Notes: generated from the sequence alone by a model not told the origin. 64,000 bases of DNA from Candidatus Latescibacterota bacterium (GCA_965203805.1 OZ241917.1:1760001-1824000); one strand, 5' to 3'. Shown: positions 30,087-41,590, counted from the first letter of the stretch. Made by a program: numbers and translations.

Positions 30087-30770
30087 TTACCGGCGTTCAT
30101 GCAGGGATTCCGTCGCGGGCGGGCCGGTATTCCGCCCGCGCGGCCTCAGGTTGCCTATGCTGAGCATCACCTCGCTGCTTATGGAGTGGTAGGCGGCACG
30201 CCGCCTGGCGGGCAATCCGGAAGGTGTCACTTGTATCGGTTTACCGAACCGAACTGTCACGTGGTTCAGACCGATCAGGCTCGCCCAGATGTTGACCGTA
30301 CCTGAAACAAAGACGGGAACCACCGGAACCCGCGCACGGTAAGCCAGCATGCCGACGCCGTCTTTGGGCGGCCTCAGCGTGGACGTCTTGTTACGCGTGC
30401 CCTCCGGCGAAAGAAACATCGCGCCGCCGGCTTTCAGACACCCTTCGATACTCCGCAACGCGCCGCGGTCTCCACGAGACCGGTCGATCGGCAGCGCGTT
30501 CAGCTTCCGAATCAGCCAGCCGACAATCGGAACGGGGAATGCTTCCTGCTTGGTAACATACGAAAGTTCCCGGCACGCCGCAACCCCGATAAATACGGGA
30601 TCTGCGAAGGAGGCGTGGTTGCTGGCCAGGATGACGCCGCCACTGCGTGGCACGAAATGACATCCGGCGACGCGCAGCCGGAACAGGCAACTGCATAAGC
30701 CGACGCCCAGAGCCCATATGAATCGGTAAAAGTGATTGCCACGACGGCCGGTGTAGATGTCTGTCCGCAT
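30087..30770 (-). CDS. plsC: 1-acyl-sn-glycerol-3-phosphate acyltransferase
   Basis: NHASFADP, PEGTR. Confidence 0.9.
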   Translation of the reverse strand: MRTDIYTGRRGNHFYRFIWALGVGLCSCLFRLRVAGCHFVPRSGGVILASNHASFADPVFIGVAACRELSYVTKQEAFPVPIVGWLIRKLNALPIDRSRGDRGALRSIEGCLKAGGAMFLSPEGTRNKTSTLRPPKDGVGMLAYRARVPVVPVFVSGTVNIWASLIGLNHVTVRFGKPIQVTPSGLPARRRAAYHSISSEVMLSIGNLRPRGRNTGPPATESLHERR

Positions 30771-30795
30771 TGGGGACCCGTGGCTCTTTCTTTGA

Positions 30796-31476
30796 TTATT
30801 GTCCGCAACCACGGGCAAGTTCCACCACACGGGTTGCCTGTGCTTCGATACTCAAGCCGGTGGTATCCACCGTGATTGCATCCGACGCCGGCCAGGGTCC
30901 AGATCGCCTCTGGGTGGCCCTGTCGCGCGCGTCTCGTTCCCGGATCTGTCCCTTCAATTCGACCAGGTCTGTTGTGACGCCGCCATCGAGCAACTCTCGT
31001 TGTCGCCGCCGCGCCCGCTCGGCCACGTCGGCCACCAGGAATATCTTCAGTTCGGCATCCGGAAAAACCGCGGTGCCCGTATCCCGGCCCTCCAGTACGA
31101 TACCGCCCTCGAGCCCCAACTCCTGCTGGCGAGCAACGAGTATCTTCCGGACTTCGGGATGCACGGCCACCCGGGAGGCGGCATCGGAAACATCCGCCGA
31201 ACGGATCTCTCCGGTCACATCCTCGCCGTCGATCAGAACCCGCTGGCCACCGTCCTCCAGGCGAAAACCAAAATCCACCGCGGCGGCGGTCTCGGCGGCC
31301 GCGGCTGCATCGTCAGGGCTGAGGCCGATACGAATCAGGGCCCAACCCAGCGCGCGGTACATGGCGCCGGTATCCAGATAAAGATATCCGAGCCTGTTGG
31401 CGACACATCGCGCCGTCGTGCTCTTGCCCGACCCCGCGGGACCGTCGATGGCGATCACGATACCCCTGTTGCCCAT
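30796..31476 (-). CDS. cmk: Cytidylate kinase
   Basis: IAIDGPAGSGKST, LDTGAMYR, EGRDTGT. Confidence 0.95.
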   Translation of the reverse strand: MGNRGIVIAIDGPAGSGKSTTARCVANRLGYLYLDTGAMYRALGWALIRIGLSPDDAAAAAETAAAVDFGFRLEDGGQRVLIDGEDVTGEIRSADVSDAASRVAVHPEVRKILVARQQELGLEGGIVLEGRDTGTAVFPDAELKIFLVADVAERARRRQRELLDGGVTTDLVELKGQIRERDARDRATQRRSGPWPASDAITVDTTGLSIEAQATRVVELARGCGQ

Positions 31477-31498
31477 AGCAACCCTTCACCCCCGATCG

Positions 31499-32233
31499 CT
31501 ACCCTCCATCCTTGTCTACGCCGCGCTCATCCGGTACCGCGTCTCCGCCGGGGTCCGACATCGTCCCGGACGGGTCACGGGAGCCCTCATCCGGATTCCC
31601 CGCCTCCCCCTCGGGCCGGCCCATCGCCTGCAGGAAACCGCCCGGCGATGACACCGCCGCCGCCCGCTCGTCCAGCAATTCATCCAACTCCCGGACCTTC
31701 GGCAAATCCGACAGCGTCTTCAATCCGAAGTGCTTCAAAAAGTCCCGCGTCGTCCCGTAAAGCAGCGGACGTCCGGGGGCATCCGAGCGACCGGCGATGC
31801 GGATCAATCCCTTCTCGAGCAGGTGCCGCACCACCCCGTCCACCGACACTCCCCGAATGTGTTCCACTTCGGCCTTCATGACCGGTTGTTTGAACACGAT
31901 AATGGCGAGCGTTTCCAGGGCTGCCGACGAAAGCCGGACCGGCGCCTTGTCTTTTAAGAGCCGCCGGACCCAGACGCCGTATTCCGAATGCACCGTGAAC
32001 AGGAATCCACCGGCGATTTCGGCGATTTTGAAACTGCGACCGGTGCGGCCGTACTGTTCGTTCAATCCCTCAACGTACGCGCGCACGTCTCCCGGCCGCG
32101 CACCGTCAAGCAACGAAGCGATCTGGCTTGCGCCGAGCGGTCTGTCAGACGCCATCAACAGCGCCTCCACAACGCCCTGATTCCGTGCCTCTGCGTCCGA
32201 AGCCGCCGGATCTATGCTGTACGACTCGCCCAT
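31499..32233 (-). CDS. scpB: SMC-Scp complex subunit ScpB
   Basis: LSSAALETLAII, IRGVS, PGRPLLYGTT..FL.HFGL. Confidence 0.95.
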   Translation of the reverse strand: MGESYSIDPAASDAEARNQGVVEALLMASDRPLGASQIASLLDGARPGDVRAYVEGLNEQYGRTGRSFKIAEIAGGFLFTVHSEYGVWVRRLLKDKAPVRLSSAALETLAIIVFKQPVMKAEVEHIRGVSVDGVVRHLLEKGLIRIAGRSDAPGRPLLYGTTRDFLKHFGLKTLSDLPKVRELDELLDERAAAVSSPGGFLQAMGRPEGEAGNPDEGSRDPSGTMSDPGGDAVPDERGVDKDGG

Positions 32234-32312
32234 TCAATCTCGATTCGATCGAAATAGGGACCGCCTGATTCCGCTCGGGTCCCGTCATGCGCCGCCGATG
32301 ATCGATACGCGG

Positions 32313-33116
32313 TTAACGATTGGACGCCGTTCCTGACCCGGGCTCCGTTTCCTCTACATCCCGTCGGTAAACCCAGATTTCACCGTCCGAACCGCTTTGC
32401 CTGGCAAGCGCCCGTCCGGTCTTGATCAGCTCGAGCAGGGCGATGAACGTGACGATGAGGACAATTCGCGGAAGACCGGCAACCAGATCCGAGAACGGTA
32501 CCCGATGCCTCTTCTTCAGTATGTTCCCGACGACCTCCATCCGTTCCCCGGTCGTGACTTCCAGCTGATGCACCTCGTGGTAATCCGCTTTCGGCGCGGC
32601 GATGAGCGCCGTTCGAAACGCCGACATCAGATCGAACAGACTCACGGATCCATAGGCGGCGAACGGGTCCTGTTCGGGCTCGTCGATTTCTCCGGTGTCC
32701 AGCGCGGCCCCCCGATAAAAGCTGTCCCGATGCAGATCCTGTTTGTCTTCTAGCCAACTGGCCACTTCCTTGAACTGCTGGTATTCCAGCAGGCGCCGCA
32801 CCAGTTCTTCTCTCGGGTCCTCTTCCTCTTCATCCGCGTCGGGGTCCGCCGGCAGCAACAAACGCGACTTGATCTTCATCAGCGTGGCCGCCATAACCAG
32901 GAAATCACCGGCAGGTTCCAGATTGAGCGTCTGCATCATTTCCACAAATTCCAGAAACTGCCGTGTGACGTCGGCGATGGGAATGTCGTAGATGTCGACC
33001 TCGTCCTTGCGTATCAGAAACAGAAGCAGATCCAGCGGCCCTTCGAAGACATCCAGCTTCACGCCGTAGGCATTGTCGCCGACATTCGGCTGTACTGCCG
33101 CAGTTTCAGCATTCAT
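32313..33116 (-). CDS. scpA: Segregation and condensation protein A
   Basis: FEGPLDLLLFLI, FLVMAATL..IKSR.LLP, TFIALLEL. Confidence 0.95.
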   Translation of the reverse strand: MNAETAAVQPNVGDNAYGVKLDVFEGPLDLLLFLIRKDEVDIYDIPIADVTRQFLEFVEMMQTLNLEPAGDFLVMAATLMKIKSRLLLPADPDADEEEEDPREELVRRLLEYQQFKEVASWLEDKQDLHRDSFYRGAALDTGEIDEPEQDPFAAYGSVSLFDLMSAFRTALIAAPKADYHEVHQLEVTTGERMEVVGNILKKRHRVPFSDLVAGLPRIVLIVTFIALLELIKTGRALARQSGSDGEIWVYRRDVEETEPGSGTASNR

Positions 33117-33235
33117 TACAGCAAACCTCTCCGGCATTTCGCCGGATCCAGGGCCCGGTCGGATAAGCGCTGTCAGGTCCGGCGGAGCGAAGAACATGTC
33201 CCGTCGGCGCCGGCTGCCGGGCATGACACCAGGCA

Positions 33236-33745
33236 TCAATCCATAAAGAGATAGGGCCGCCAGCGCCTATCGGGCACACCTATCAACTGGCTGATGGACG
33301 TAACCGTACTGGGCCGGCGAGGTCGGCGCAGTAGATTGATTCCTGCCTGTTCCGGCGTCTGATTGCCCTTGAGATTATTGCAGTGCAGACAGGCGCAAAC
33401 CAGATTCTCCCACGTGTCCCGTCCGTTCCCGGTACGCGGAACCACGTGGTCGACCGTCATCGGGCCCTTTCGGGTACCGCAATACTGGCACCGGTGCCCA
33501 TCCCGTTTCAGGACGTTTTTCTTGGACAACGCAAGTTGCTTGGGAGCAACGCGCACGTAGAGCCCGAGCCGCACCACACTGGGCACAGGAAACCGTTCGG
33601 AAACCGTCCGGACATACAGATCCAGCGCCTCGATGACCTCCGCCCGCCCTCGAAATACGAGAACGATAGCCCGCCGTACGCTGCACACCTGGATGGGTTC
33701 GTAACTCTGGTTTAAAACCAGAACCGGCCGGTTAAGCAAAGGCAC
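33236..33745 (-). CDS. HNH endonuclease
   Basis: VLVLNQSYEP, RDGHRCQYCG, TVDHVVPR, WENLVCACLHCNNLKG. Confidence 0.9.
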   Translation of the reverse strand: MPLLNRPVLVLNQSYEPIQVCSVRRAIVLVFRGRAEVIEALDLYVRTVSERFPVPSVVRLGLYVRVAPKQLALSKKNVLKRDGHRCQYCGTRKGPMTVDHVVPRTGNGRDTWENLVCACLHCNNLKGNQTPEQAGINLLRRPRRPSTVTSISQLIGVPDRRWRPYLFMD

Positions 33746-33900
33746 ACACCCCCTTTGTCTACAACCCGGGGCAAGGAAGATCGCACGCCGCTGAAGTGGC
33801 CTTACCGCATTGCGGTTGACTCGGCCCGCATCGCGGCGTCAGCAGGCCGGCGCCCGGCGGACGTTATTGATGGCCCGGATCGCATGCGTCGTCGGGCCAG

Positions 33901-34006
33901 TTCGGCAAGCTTGCTTCGACAGGCCCGGCACCGGCAGCGCGAGCAACGCCGCGAGACGGGATAAATCGTCGGCCGAACGGTGAGGTACTATTGGAACAGG
34001 ACACTA
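33901..34006 (+). repeat. Repeat family B copy 3 (diverged)
   Basis: TTCGGCAAGCTTGCTTCGACA...GACGGGATAAATCG...GGTGAGGTACTATTGGAACAGGACACTA. Confidence 0.7.
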
Positions 34007-34390
34007 ATACTCGTCAATAAGCTCGCCGTAAGCCTGAGGGCTAAGAAGCGTTTCGAGTTCGTTATCACGGGTCATCCGAACCACAATCATCCAGCCCTCG
34101 CCATATGGATCCGAATTGATCGGAGCCGCGTCTTCGCCGAGTTCCTCGTGGACCTCGAGCACGACGCCGGTCACCGGCGCGTAGAGGTCCTCCACGGTCT
34201 TCACCGCCTCGATCGTCCCGAATGGCTCGCCCTGCTCAATCTCATCGCCGGCTTCCGGCAATTCGGCAAAGACAATGTCTCCCAATTCACCCTGCGCATA
34301 GTCCGTGATGCCAATCGTACCCCGTTCACCCTCGATACGAATCCATTCGTGCTCCTGCGTGTACAGGAGGCCTTCCGGAATCTCCGACAT
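34004..34390 (-). CDS. gcvH: Glycine cleavage system H protein
   Basis: HEW, GITDYAQGELGDIVF, IEAVKT lipoyl-Lys, NSDPYGEGW. Confidence 0.95.
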   Translation of the reverse strand: MSEIPEGLLYTQEHEWIRIEGERGTIGITDYAQGELGDIVFAELPEAGDEIEQGEPFGTIEAVKTVEDLYAPVTGVVLEVHEELGEDAAPINSDPYGEGWMIVVRMTRDNELETLLSPQAYGELIDEY

Positions 34391-34484
34391 GATTGATGAC
34401 TCCCGAAAGAGAGTATGGTATCCCGGTCGGGATGCAAGCCGACCGGACAGCTATTGTCTTATGGAAACGGGCGCCGGCCGAGAA

Positions 34485-35843
34485 TCAGACGCCATACCCC
34501 AACCTGGCCACGAATTCCGTGTCGATCCGACTCTGCCGAAAATCCGCGTGCCGCATCGCTTTGAGATGAAATGGAATGGTTGTCGGGATCCCCTCGATCA
34601 CGAACTCCTCCAGCGCGCGGTCCATGCGCGCCGTTGCTTCCTCCCGTGTGTCTCCATACGCCAGCAACTTGGCGAGGAGCGAATCGTAGTGGGAAGGCAC
34701 ACGATAGCCGGCATACGCATGTGAGTCGATTCGGATACCAGGCCCGCCGGGCGCATGGAACGTGCTGATTTCCCCCGCGGACGGTCGGAAGTTGTGATCG
34801 GGATCTTCCGCGTTGATCCGGCATTCGATGGCGTGCCCCGATGGCTGTATGTCTTCCTGGACAAACGGAAGCGGCTCTCCCGCGGCGACCCGGACCTGGG
34901 TCTTTACCAGATCGATACCCGTCACCAACTCGGTAACGGGGTGCTCGACCTGAATGCGGGTGTTCATTTCAAGGAAATAAAACGTCCCGGACGCATCCAG
35001 CAGAAATTCCACGGTTCCCGCGCCCGTATAACCCACCGCCATTGCCCCCGCAACGGCTTCTTTGCCCATCCGCCGGCGCAGTTCCTCGTCGACCACGGGT
35101 GACGGTGACTCCTCGATCAGCTTCTGATGGCGCCTCTGGATGGAACACTCACGTTCACCGAGATGCACGATATTCCCGGCCTGATCGCCCATCACCTGGA
35201 TTTCCACGTGTCTGGGCGCCACAACTTCCTTTTCCAGATAAAGGGTGCCCGAGGTGAACGCCGCGGACGCTTCGGCCTGTGCCGCATTCCATGCCCGTTC
35301 GAGGCCGTCCTCCGAATCCACGGTGCGCATGCCCCTGCCGCCGCCGCCGGCAACCGCTTTCAAGCGAATCGGGTAACCAATCTCTTCGGCGGCACGCTCA
35401 GCCTCGTCAAGGGTGTGCAATACCCCTGTGCCCGGCGCTACCGGCACGGCCGCGGCCAGCATCGTTTCCCGCGCGACGGCTTTGTCACCCATCCGGCGAA
35501 TGGCCTCCGGAGACGGTCCTATGAACACGATGCCGCATGATGCGCACATCTCGGCGAAATCCGCGTTCTCCGCCAATGGACCGTACCCCGGATGGATCGC
35601 ATCGGCATTGGTCACCTCGGCGGCGCTCAGTATACGGGGGATGTTCCGGTAGCTCTGGTCTCCCGGTGGCGGCCCGATGCAGACGTCCTCGTCGGCAACC
35701 CCGATATGCAGCGAATTGGCATCGGCTTCCGAATGGATTGCAACTGTCCGGATGCCGAGTTCCTTGCATGCCCGGATGACACGCACGGCGATTTCGCCCC
35801 GGTCGGCAATCAGGATCTTATTGAATAAGGGAGTGGATGACAC
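34485..35843 (-). CDS. accC: Acetyl-CoA carboxylase, biotin carboxylase subunit
   Basis: [39 protein letters not shown]. Confidence 0.96.
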   Translation of the reverse strand: MSSTPLFNKILIADRGEIAVRVIRACKELGIRTVAIHSEADANSLHIGVADEDVCIGPPPGDQSYRNIPRILSAAEVTNADAIHPGYGPLAENADFAEMCASCGIVFIGPSPEAIRRMGDKAVARETMLAAAVPVAPGTGVLHTLDEAERAAEEIGYPIRLKAVAGGGGRGMRTVDSEDGLERAWNAAQAEASAAFTSGTLYLEKEVVAPRHVEIQVMGDQAGNIVHLGERECSIQRRHQKLIEESPSPVVDEELRRRMGKEAVAGAMAVGYTGAGTVEFLLDASGTFYFLEMNTRIQVEHPVTELVTGIDLVKTQVRVAAGEPLPFVQEDIQPSGHAIECRINAEDPDHNFRPSAGEISTFHAPGGPGIRIDSHAYAGYRVPSHYDSLLAKLLAYGDTREEATARMDRALEEFVIEGIPTTIPFHLKAMRHADFRQSRIDTEFVARLGYGV

Positions 35844-35902
35844 GACTGATTCGGTGGGACGGTGGCCGGAGCCGCCGCAGAAGTGAAAGAAGCGCCTTGG
35901 AA

Positions 35903-36376
35903 TTACAGCGGTTCGATGAGGAAAAGAGGCGTATTGTATTCCACCGGATTGCCATTCTCGACGAGGACGCGGACCACCCGACCCGCTGCATCCGCTTCGA
36001 TTTCATTCATAATCTTCATGGCTTCGATGATGCAAATGGTCTGCCCGACCGACACGACGTCGCCCTCCTCCACAAATGGCGGCGAATCCGGATTGGGCGC
36101 ACGATAAAACATGCCTACCATCGGCGAACTTATGCTGTGCAACCCTGCTGTCTCGTCCGCCTCGCGGGCAGCAGAGCTTTCGCCGGCATCGGCGGGTTGC
36201 GAAGCAGCGGGTGCCTGGGCAACCGGCTGGACCGCGGCTGTACTGATTCCCGCAGCGACACGTATTTTTCGAAGCCCCAGCACGCCACGCTCGATTTCAA
36301 TCTCCCGGACCTGGTCTTCTCCAACCAGTTCGATCAGCTGCTTCAGGGTGTCCATCGACGCTTTCGAGAGTTTCAC
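35903..36376 (-). CDS. accB: Biotin carboxyl carrier protein
   Basis: [18 protein letters not shown]. Confidence 0.96.
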   Translation of the reverse strand: MKLSKASMDTLKQLIELVGEDQVREIEIERGVLGLRKIRVAAGISTAAVQPVAQAPAASQPADAGESSAAREADETAGLHSISSPMVGMFYRAPNPDSPPFVEEGDVVSVGQTICIIEAMKIMNEIEADAAGRVVRVLVENGNPVEYNTPLFLIEPL

Positions 36377-36524
36377 GCGCGCTCCTTCAAAAAAACGACG
36401 GCAGGCAACGAACGTCCGTTTTCAGAAACGTGCTGCCACACGGCAATCCGTTTCCGGTTCAGTACACCATGCATCAGGGCGCGCCGGCCGCGATGCGCCG
36501 ATACCGGGTTCCGACGTTTCAGGT

Positions 36525-37082
36525 TCAAACTCGCTCGACGTACGTCTCTGTTCGGGTATCGATTTTCAATACGTCGCCCCTCTCCACAAACAGGGGCACC
36601 TGGACCGAAGCTCCTGTTTCCAGCACGGCCGGTTTGCTTCCACCGCTGGCGGTATCTCCCCGCAGCCCGGGGTCCGTTTCCGTTACTTCAAGCTCGACAA
36701 AAATCGGCAGTGCGACGCTCACGGCGTTCTGCTCGGCGACCAGAACTTCGAGAATCTCGTTCTCTTTCAGATACTTGACCGCGTTTCCCATCACCTCGGG
36801 AGACAGTTCATACTGATCGTAGGTCTCGCTATCCATAAAACAGTAGAGATCTCCGGACTGGTAGAGGAACTGCATCTTTCGCCGTTCCAGTCGAACATCG
36901 TCCACCTTGTCTCCTGAACGGAACGTCCTGTCTATCATTGCGCCCGTTTTCACACGCTTGAGCCGTGTTCGCACGACGGCTGCGCCCTTGCCTGGTTTGA
37001 AATGTTCGAATTCGACCATATAATAGAGATCGCCGTCCAGACGCAAGACCATGCCATTTCTGAATTCAGAGGTTGAAACCAT
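36525..37082 (-). CDS. efp: Elongation factor P
   Basis: KPGKG, PGLRGDTA, VPLFV, IDTR. Confidence 0.97.
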   Translation of the reverse strand: MVSTSEFRNGMVLRLDGDLYYMVEFEHFKPGKGAAVVRTRLKRVKTGAMIDRTFRSGDKVDDVRLERRKMQFLYQSGDLYCFMDSETYDQYELSPEVMGNAVKYLKENEILEVLVAEQNAVSVALPIFVELEVTETDPGLRGDTASGGSKPAVLETGASVQVPLFVERGDVLKIDTRTETYVERV

Positions 37083-37091
37083 CGTTCGGAA

Positions 37092-37838
37092 TTATCCTCC
37101 CGCCCGCGTTCCTTCCAATTTCTGAAGTTCCTTCAGCCGCTTCTTTATCGTCTTATCGTCCGGCTCACGCTCACGAACCTGCTTCAGAACAGCCACCGCT
37201 TCTTCAATCAAACCCTGGGCCACGTACAGTTCAGCAAGAGTCGGGGTTGCGATCGGTGCGATTCCGTTGCCGGCTTCGGATATCGCGGCCCGGTCTCCGG
37301 CAGAGCCACGCTGGCCCGGAAGGTCCTGCGACAGATGGGGAAAATCCTCACGTTGGCCCGAAACCCGGTCTGCTTTGCCGCTGTCTTCGGACGCCTCGCT
37401 CGCGGGCCCCATACCGGATCCGGAGGCCGGTTCGTCTCCCGGCCGCCCGCCGGCGTCCATCTCGGCAATCAGCAGCCGACTCATCGGATCGACCGCGAGG
37501 GCGCACCTGAAATACTGCAGTGCGCGTTCCTCGAAGCCCAGTCTTCTTTCGACCAGGCCGAGCAGCCAGCAGGCTGCAGGATTGTCCTGATCCAGCGCGA
37601 GCGTGTCGTGAAATTCCCGGCGGGCCTCATCAAAACGTCCCGCCGCCATGTGACACCTGCCCATAACGAGATGGCCGGTAGGGTAAAACGGGCGGTATCT
37701 GAGGCCCTCCCGGCAGATCTCCGTTGCACGTTCCGTGTTGCCCGATCGCAGCATCCCGTCGGCGAGGCGGGCAAACAGAATCGACGCGGGATTCTTGCTG
37801 CATATTCGTTCAAGCTGTGCAATAGATGTGGCCGTCAT
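37092..37838 (-). CDS. TPR-repeat protein
   Basis: TPR helices; C-terminal TPTLAELYVAQG motif. Confidence 0.8.
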   Translation of the reverse strand: MTATSIAQLERICSKNPASILFARLADGMLRSGNTERATEICREGLRYRPFYPTGHLVMGRCHMAAGRFDEARREFHDTLALDQDNPAACWLLGLVERRLGFEERALQYFRCALAVDPMSRLLIAEMDAGGRPGDEPASGSGMGPASEASEDSGKADRVSGQREDFPHLSQDLPGQRGSAGDRAAISEAGNGIAPIATPTLAELYVAQGLIEEAVAVLKQVREREPDDKTIKKRLKELQKLEGTRAGG

Positions 37839-37868
37839 CGTGTCACTACCCCGTCTGAACCGGAGGGA

Positions 37869-37897
37869 ATTATAGGAAAAAGCCCGATGCTTGTCAA
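37869..37897 (-). promoter_or_regulatory. Consensus sigma70 promoter for the TPR-efp-accBC-gcvH run
   Basis: TTGACA-17 bp-TATAAT on the minus strand. Confidence 0.8.
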
Positions 37898-38133
37898 GGC
37901 CGCGACAATGCGACCGTCCCTCGACTTCCGCGCCGTGCAAGCCGGCACGTATCAAACCGGCGGCACGTGGGCCCGAGAAGACTGAACGATGCTGCAATTC
38001 TATTCCTCCCGGCGCCAGGCCGCCGGGCCGGTTTTGTCCTTGAATTGGCTTGTGTGAATTTGGGCGATGTGCTATATTCAAAGCCGTTTAAGGCGCTTTT
38101 TCGTACCTGCTCTGTCCGCTCCGGGAGGCGGCT

Positions 38134-38655
38134 ATGGAACTCATCAAGCTGTTTGTTTCATTCACGAAAGTCGGTATTTTTGCGTACGGGGGCGGACCGT
38201 CGATGATTCCGCTGGTCCAGGAGGAAGTCGTCGACGTGCACGGCTGGATGACCATCGAAGAGTTCACCGACGCGCTCGCGATGGGCTACGCGCTTCCAGG
38301 CCCGATCGCGACGAAAATGGCCGCGTACATCGGTTACCAGGTCGCACAGACACCAGGCCTGATCGTCGCGCTTTTCGGTACGGTCTTTCCCTCCCTCATC
38401 CTGATGATGATTCTGGGGCTGTTCTTCATGGCCTATAAGGGCGCGCCCGCAGTCCAGGCCATGCTCAAGGCCGTCCGGCCGGCGGTCGTCGGCCTCCTTC
38501 TCGTCGTGGTCTGGCAGATGGCGCCCAAGTCCGTAAATTCATGGCACACAGGCCTGATCGCCATAGCGGCTTTTGTCGCAATCCATTTCCTGAACCTGCA
38601 TCCGGCGGTCGCGATTGTCAGCACCGCGGTTCTGGGCCTGGCTGTATACCGGTAA
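38134..38655 (+). CDS. Short-chain chromate transporter (CHR) family protein
   Basis: FAYGGG, LPGPIA, PSL, AVRPAVVGL. Confidence 0.88.
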   Translation: MELIKLFVSFTKVGIFAYGGGPSMIPLVQEEVVDVHGWMTIEEFTDALAMGYALPGPIATKMAAYIGYQVAQTPGLIVALFGTVFPSLILMMILGLFFMAYKGAPAVQAMLKAVRPAVVGLLLVVVWQMAPKSVNSWHTGLIAIAAFVAIHFLNLHPAVAIVSTAVLGLAVYR

Positions 38656-38697
38656 TAATAGGACACCCGTACCGCCTTCGAAGGAGCTCGTCGTCGA

Positions 38698-39726
38698 ATG
38701 AAGGACTACTCGAGTATTGAACACAAAGCGCTGAAAAACAAATGTTTATCCAATCAGGAGATGCTGGCGGTGCTCGATACGCCAAACGAAGACCTGCTCC
38801 TCCTGATCCACGCGGCCTACCGCGTTCGCCACCGGTATTTCGGAAACGGTGTCCGGCTTCATGTGCTGCAGAACGCCAAGAGCGGACTGTGTCCGGAAGA
38901 TTGCGCCTACTGTTCCCAATCTGCGGTATCCACGGCGGACATCAGCAAATATCCGCTGTTGCCGCGAGAACAGATCCTTGACGGCGCCAGAAGGGCCAAG
39001 GCGGGCAGGGCATTGCGCTATTGCATCGTCACCAGCGGAAGAGGCCCGACCAACAGGGAAGTTGAAACCATTGCAGATATCGTGCGCGAAGTCAAACAAA
39101 CCGTCGACATCGACATCTGCTGCTGTATGGGGCTGCTGGATGAAGCGCAGGCCAGAACGTTGAAAGCCGCCGGTGTGGACCGGATCAATCACAACCTCAA
39201 CACCAGCGCCGAACACCACGGCAATATCGTGACCACCCACACCTACTCGGACCGTTTGAATACCCTTAAGGCCGTCAGGGCCGCCGGCCTCGAGACCTGC
39301 TGCGGCGGAATCATCGGGATGGGAGAGTCCAGGCAGGACATCGTAGACCTGGCCGTGGCCTTACGGGAACTCGACATCGATTCGATCCCCGTCAATTTTC
39401 TACATCCTATCGAAGGCACCCCACTGGCCGGGCGGAAACCGACGTCGCCGCAGGATGGCCTGAAGGCCCTGTGCCTGTTCCGTTTTGTCAATCCGAACAA
39501 GGAAATCCGCATCGCAGGCGGGCGCGAACTCACGCTCCGCTCCCTCCAGGCCCTTGCTCTGTACCCCGCGAACTCCGTCTTTATGGAAGGTTATCTGACG
39601 ACGGGAGGACAATCCACGTCGGAGACCCATCGTCTCATCGAGGATATGGGATTCGAAGTCGAAGAAAAGTGGCAATCTGAAGACGGATCGGACGCGCCCT
39701 TATCAGCCCATGTGGACCTACGATAA
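38698..39726 (+). CDS. bioB: Biotin synthase
   Basis: [44 protein letters not shown]. Confidence 0.95.
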   Translation: MKDYSSIEHKALKNKCLSNQEMLAVLDTPNEDLLLLIHAAYRVRHRYFGNGVRLHVLQNAKSGLCPEDCAYCSQSAVSTADISKYPLLPREQILDGARRAKAGRALRYCIVTSGRGPTNREVETIADIVREVKQTVDIDICCCMGLLDEAQARTLKAAGVDRINHNLNTSAEHHGNIVTTHTYSDRLNTLKAVRAAGLETCCGGIIGMGESRQDIVDLAVALRELDIDSIPVNFLHPIEGTPLAGRKPTSPQDGLKALCLFRFVNPNKEIRIAGGRELTLRSLQALALYPANSVFMEGYLTTGGQSTSETHRLIEDMGFEVEEKWQSEDGSDAPLSAHVDLR

Positions 39727-41590
39727 ACACTACGACGTCATCGTTGTCGGCGCGGGACACGCCGGGGCCGAGGCCGCGCTGGCAGGCGCGCGCATGGGGT
39801 GCAGCACGCTGCTTCTGACGATGAATCTGGATACGGTCGCCCAGATGTCCTGCAATCCGGCGGTTGGAGGTATCGCGAAGGGCCACATGGTGCGCGAGAT
39901 CGATGCTTTGGGCGGTGAAATGGCGCAGAACATCGACGCAACGGGTCTGCAATTCCGTCTGCTGAACCGGAGCAAGGGGCCGGCGGTGCAGGCACCCCGC
40001 GCGCAGGCCGACAAGAAAGCGTATCAGTACCGCATGAAATACGTCGTGGAAAGTCAGCCGAACCTGGACCTCAAGCAGGGCCTCATCGAAGACCTGCTGG
40101 TCGACGACGGGCGCATAAGGGGCATCCTCACCAGGTCCCGCACGATATTCCTGGGGCGGACGGTCATACTCACCACAGGCACGTTTCTGCGGGGACTGAT
40201 CCACGTCGGAGACCGGTCGCACAGCGCGGGACGCGCCGGGGAGCAATCCGCGGAACGGGCATCGGGCGGCCTACGGCGCCTGGGATTCGAGCTGGGCAGA
40301 TTGAAGACAGGGACGCCGCCCAGGATCAATTCCCGCAGCGTCGATTACAGCGCTATGGACATCCAGCCCGGAGACGAGCATCCGTGCCCCTTCTCCTACC
40401 GGACCAGGGCGATCACGCAGGAACAGCTCAATTGCCACATAACCTGCACCACGCCGGCTACGCACGAGATCATCCGCCGGAACCTGGATCGCTCGGCAAT
40501 GTACAGCGGACGTATTCAGTCCGTGGGGCCGCGGTACTGTCCTTCGATCGAAGACAAAGTCGTCAGATTCGCCGACAGGCGGAAACACCAGCTCTTTGTG
40601 GAGCCGGAAGGTTACGACACTCTGGAAGTCTACCTCAACGGGCTGTCGATGAGCCTGCCCGAAGACGTTCAGGTCGAGGTTGTCCGCAGCGTTCCCGGCC
40701 TGGAAAAAGCGGAAATCATGCGGCCGGGCTATGCCGTCGAATACGACTATGTCCCGCCTACGCAGATCCTTCCCACCCTGGAAACCAAACCGGTCCGGGG
40801 TCTGTATTTCGCGGGGCAGATCAACGGCACCACGGGCTACGAGGAAGCGGCCGGACAGGGTCTGATGGCGGGCGTCAATGCCGCATTGCGCGTCCGGAAC
40901 GAAGACGCGCTCGTTCTGGACCGGGCCCAGGCCTATATAGGCGTACTGATCGACGATCTCACGACCAAAGGTACCGATGAGCCGTACCGGATGTTCACGT
41001 CACTCGCGGAATACCGACTGCTGCTGAGGCACGACAACGCCGACCTTCGTCTGACCGAAATCGGCCGCAAGATCGGGCTGGTTTCCGACAGTGCGTACAA
41101 CTCCTTCAGGCATCGCGCAGGAGCGATCGCCGCCGAACAGCGCCGCCTGAAAAGTGTAAGCGTCAAGCCATCGAGCCGGGTTCAGCAGTACCTTCGGGAA
41201 GCGGGTACAACCCCTCTCGCTCAGGCCGCGCCGCTGGTCGACCTGTTGCGCCGACCCCAGATCGACTATCGGTTTGTGCAAGAAGTGGCGCCTCCTCCCG
41301 CGCCGCTGCCTCCCGACGTATGCCAATCCGTTGAGGTGGAACTCAAGTACGAAGGTTACATCAGACGCCAGGAGACGCAGGTGGCCAGGTTTCAGGATCT
41401 GGAGGCAAGGCGTCTTCCCGAAAACATCAACTATCTGGACCTTCCCGCCATCTCCCGTGAGGCCGCGGAAAAACTCTCGCGGGTGCGCCCCCGCTCCCTG
41501 GGTCAGGCGTCCCGGATTCCGGGCGTCTCACCCGCGGACATATCCGCCCTGCTGGTCATCCTGAGAGCCCGTGCCCGAGGCGCGGCATGA
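39710..41590 (+). CDS. mnmG: tRNA uridine-5-carboxymethylaminomethyl modification enzyme
   Basis: [47 protein letters not shown]. Confidence 0.98.
   Translation: MWTYDKHYDVIVVGAGHAGAEAALAGARMGCSTLLLTMNLDTVAQMSCNPAVGGIAKGHMVREIDALGGEMAQNIDATGLQFRLLNRSKGPAVQAPRAQADKKAYQYRMKYVVESQPNLDLKQGLIEDLLVDDGRIRGILTRSRTIFLGRTVILTTGTFLRGLIHVGDRSHSAGRAGEQSAERASGGLRRLGFELGRLKTGTPPRINSRSVDYSAMDIQPGDEHPCPFSYRTRAITQEQLNCHITCTTPATHEIIRRNLDRSAMYSGRIQSVGPRYCPSIEDKVVRFADRRKHQLFVEPEGYDTLEVYLNGLSMSLPEDVQVEVVRSVPGLEKAEIMRPGYAVEYDYVPPTQILPTLETKPVRGLYFAGQINGTTGYEEAAGQGLMAGVNAALRVRNEDALVLDRAQAYIGVLIDDLTTKGTDEPYRMFTSLAEYRLLLRHDNADLRLTEIGRKIGLVSDSAYNSFRHRAGAIAAEQRRLKSVSVKPSSRVQQYLREAGTTPLAQAAPLVDLLRRPQIDYRFVQEVAPPPAPLPPDVCQSVEVELKYEGYIRRQETQVARFQDLEARRLPENINYLDLPAISREAAEKLSRVRPRSLGQASRIPGVSPADISALLVILRARARGAA

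Noticed and set aside
28574-30192. Long alternative-frame and antisense ORFs (e.g. 28951..30192 +, 49905..50978 -, 57193..58329 -)
   Set aside because: Shadow ORFs of high-GC genes that overlap well-supported CDSs and lack motifs
33236-33745. HNH gene as a homing endonuclease or mobile element
   Set aside because: Looks like the common stand-alone chromosomal HNH family; no intron or IS features and host-like composition
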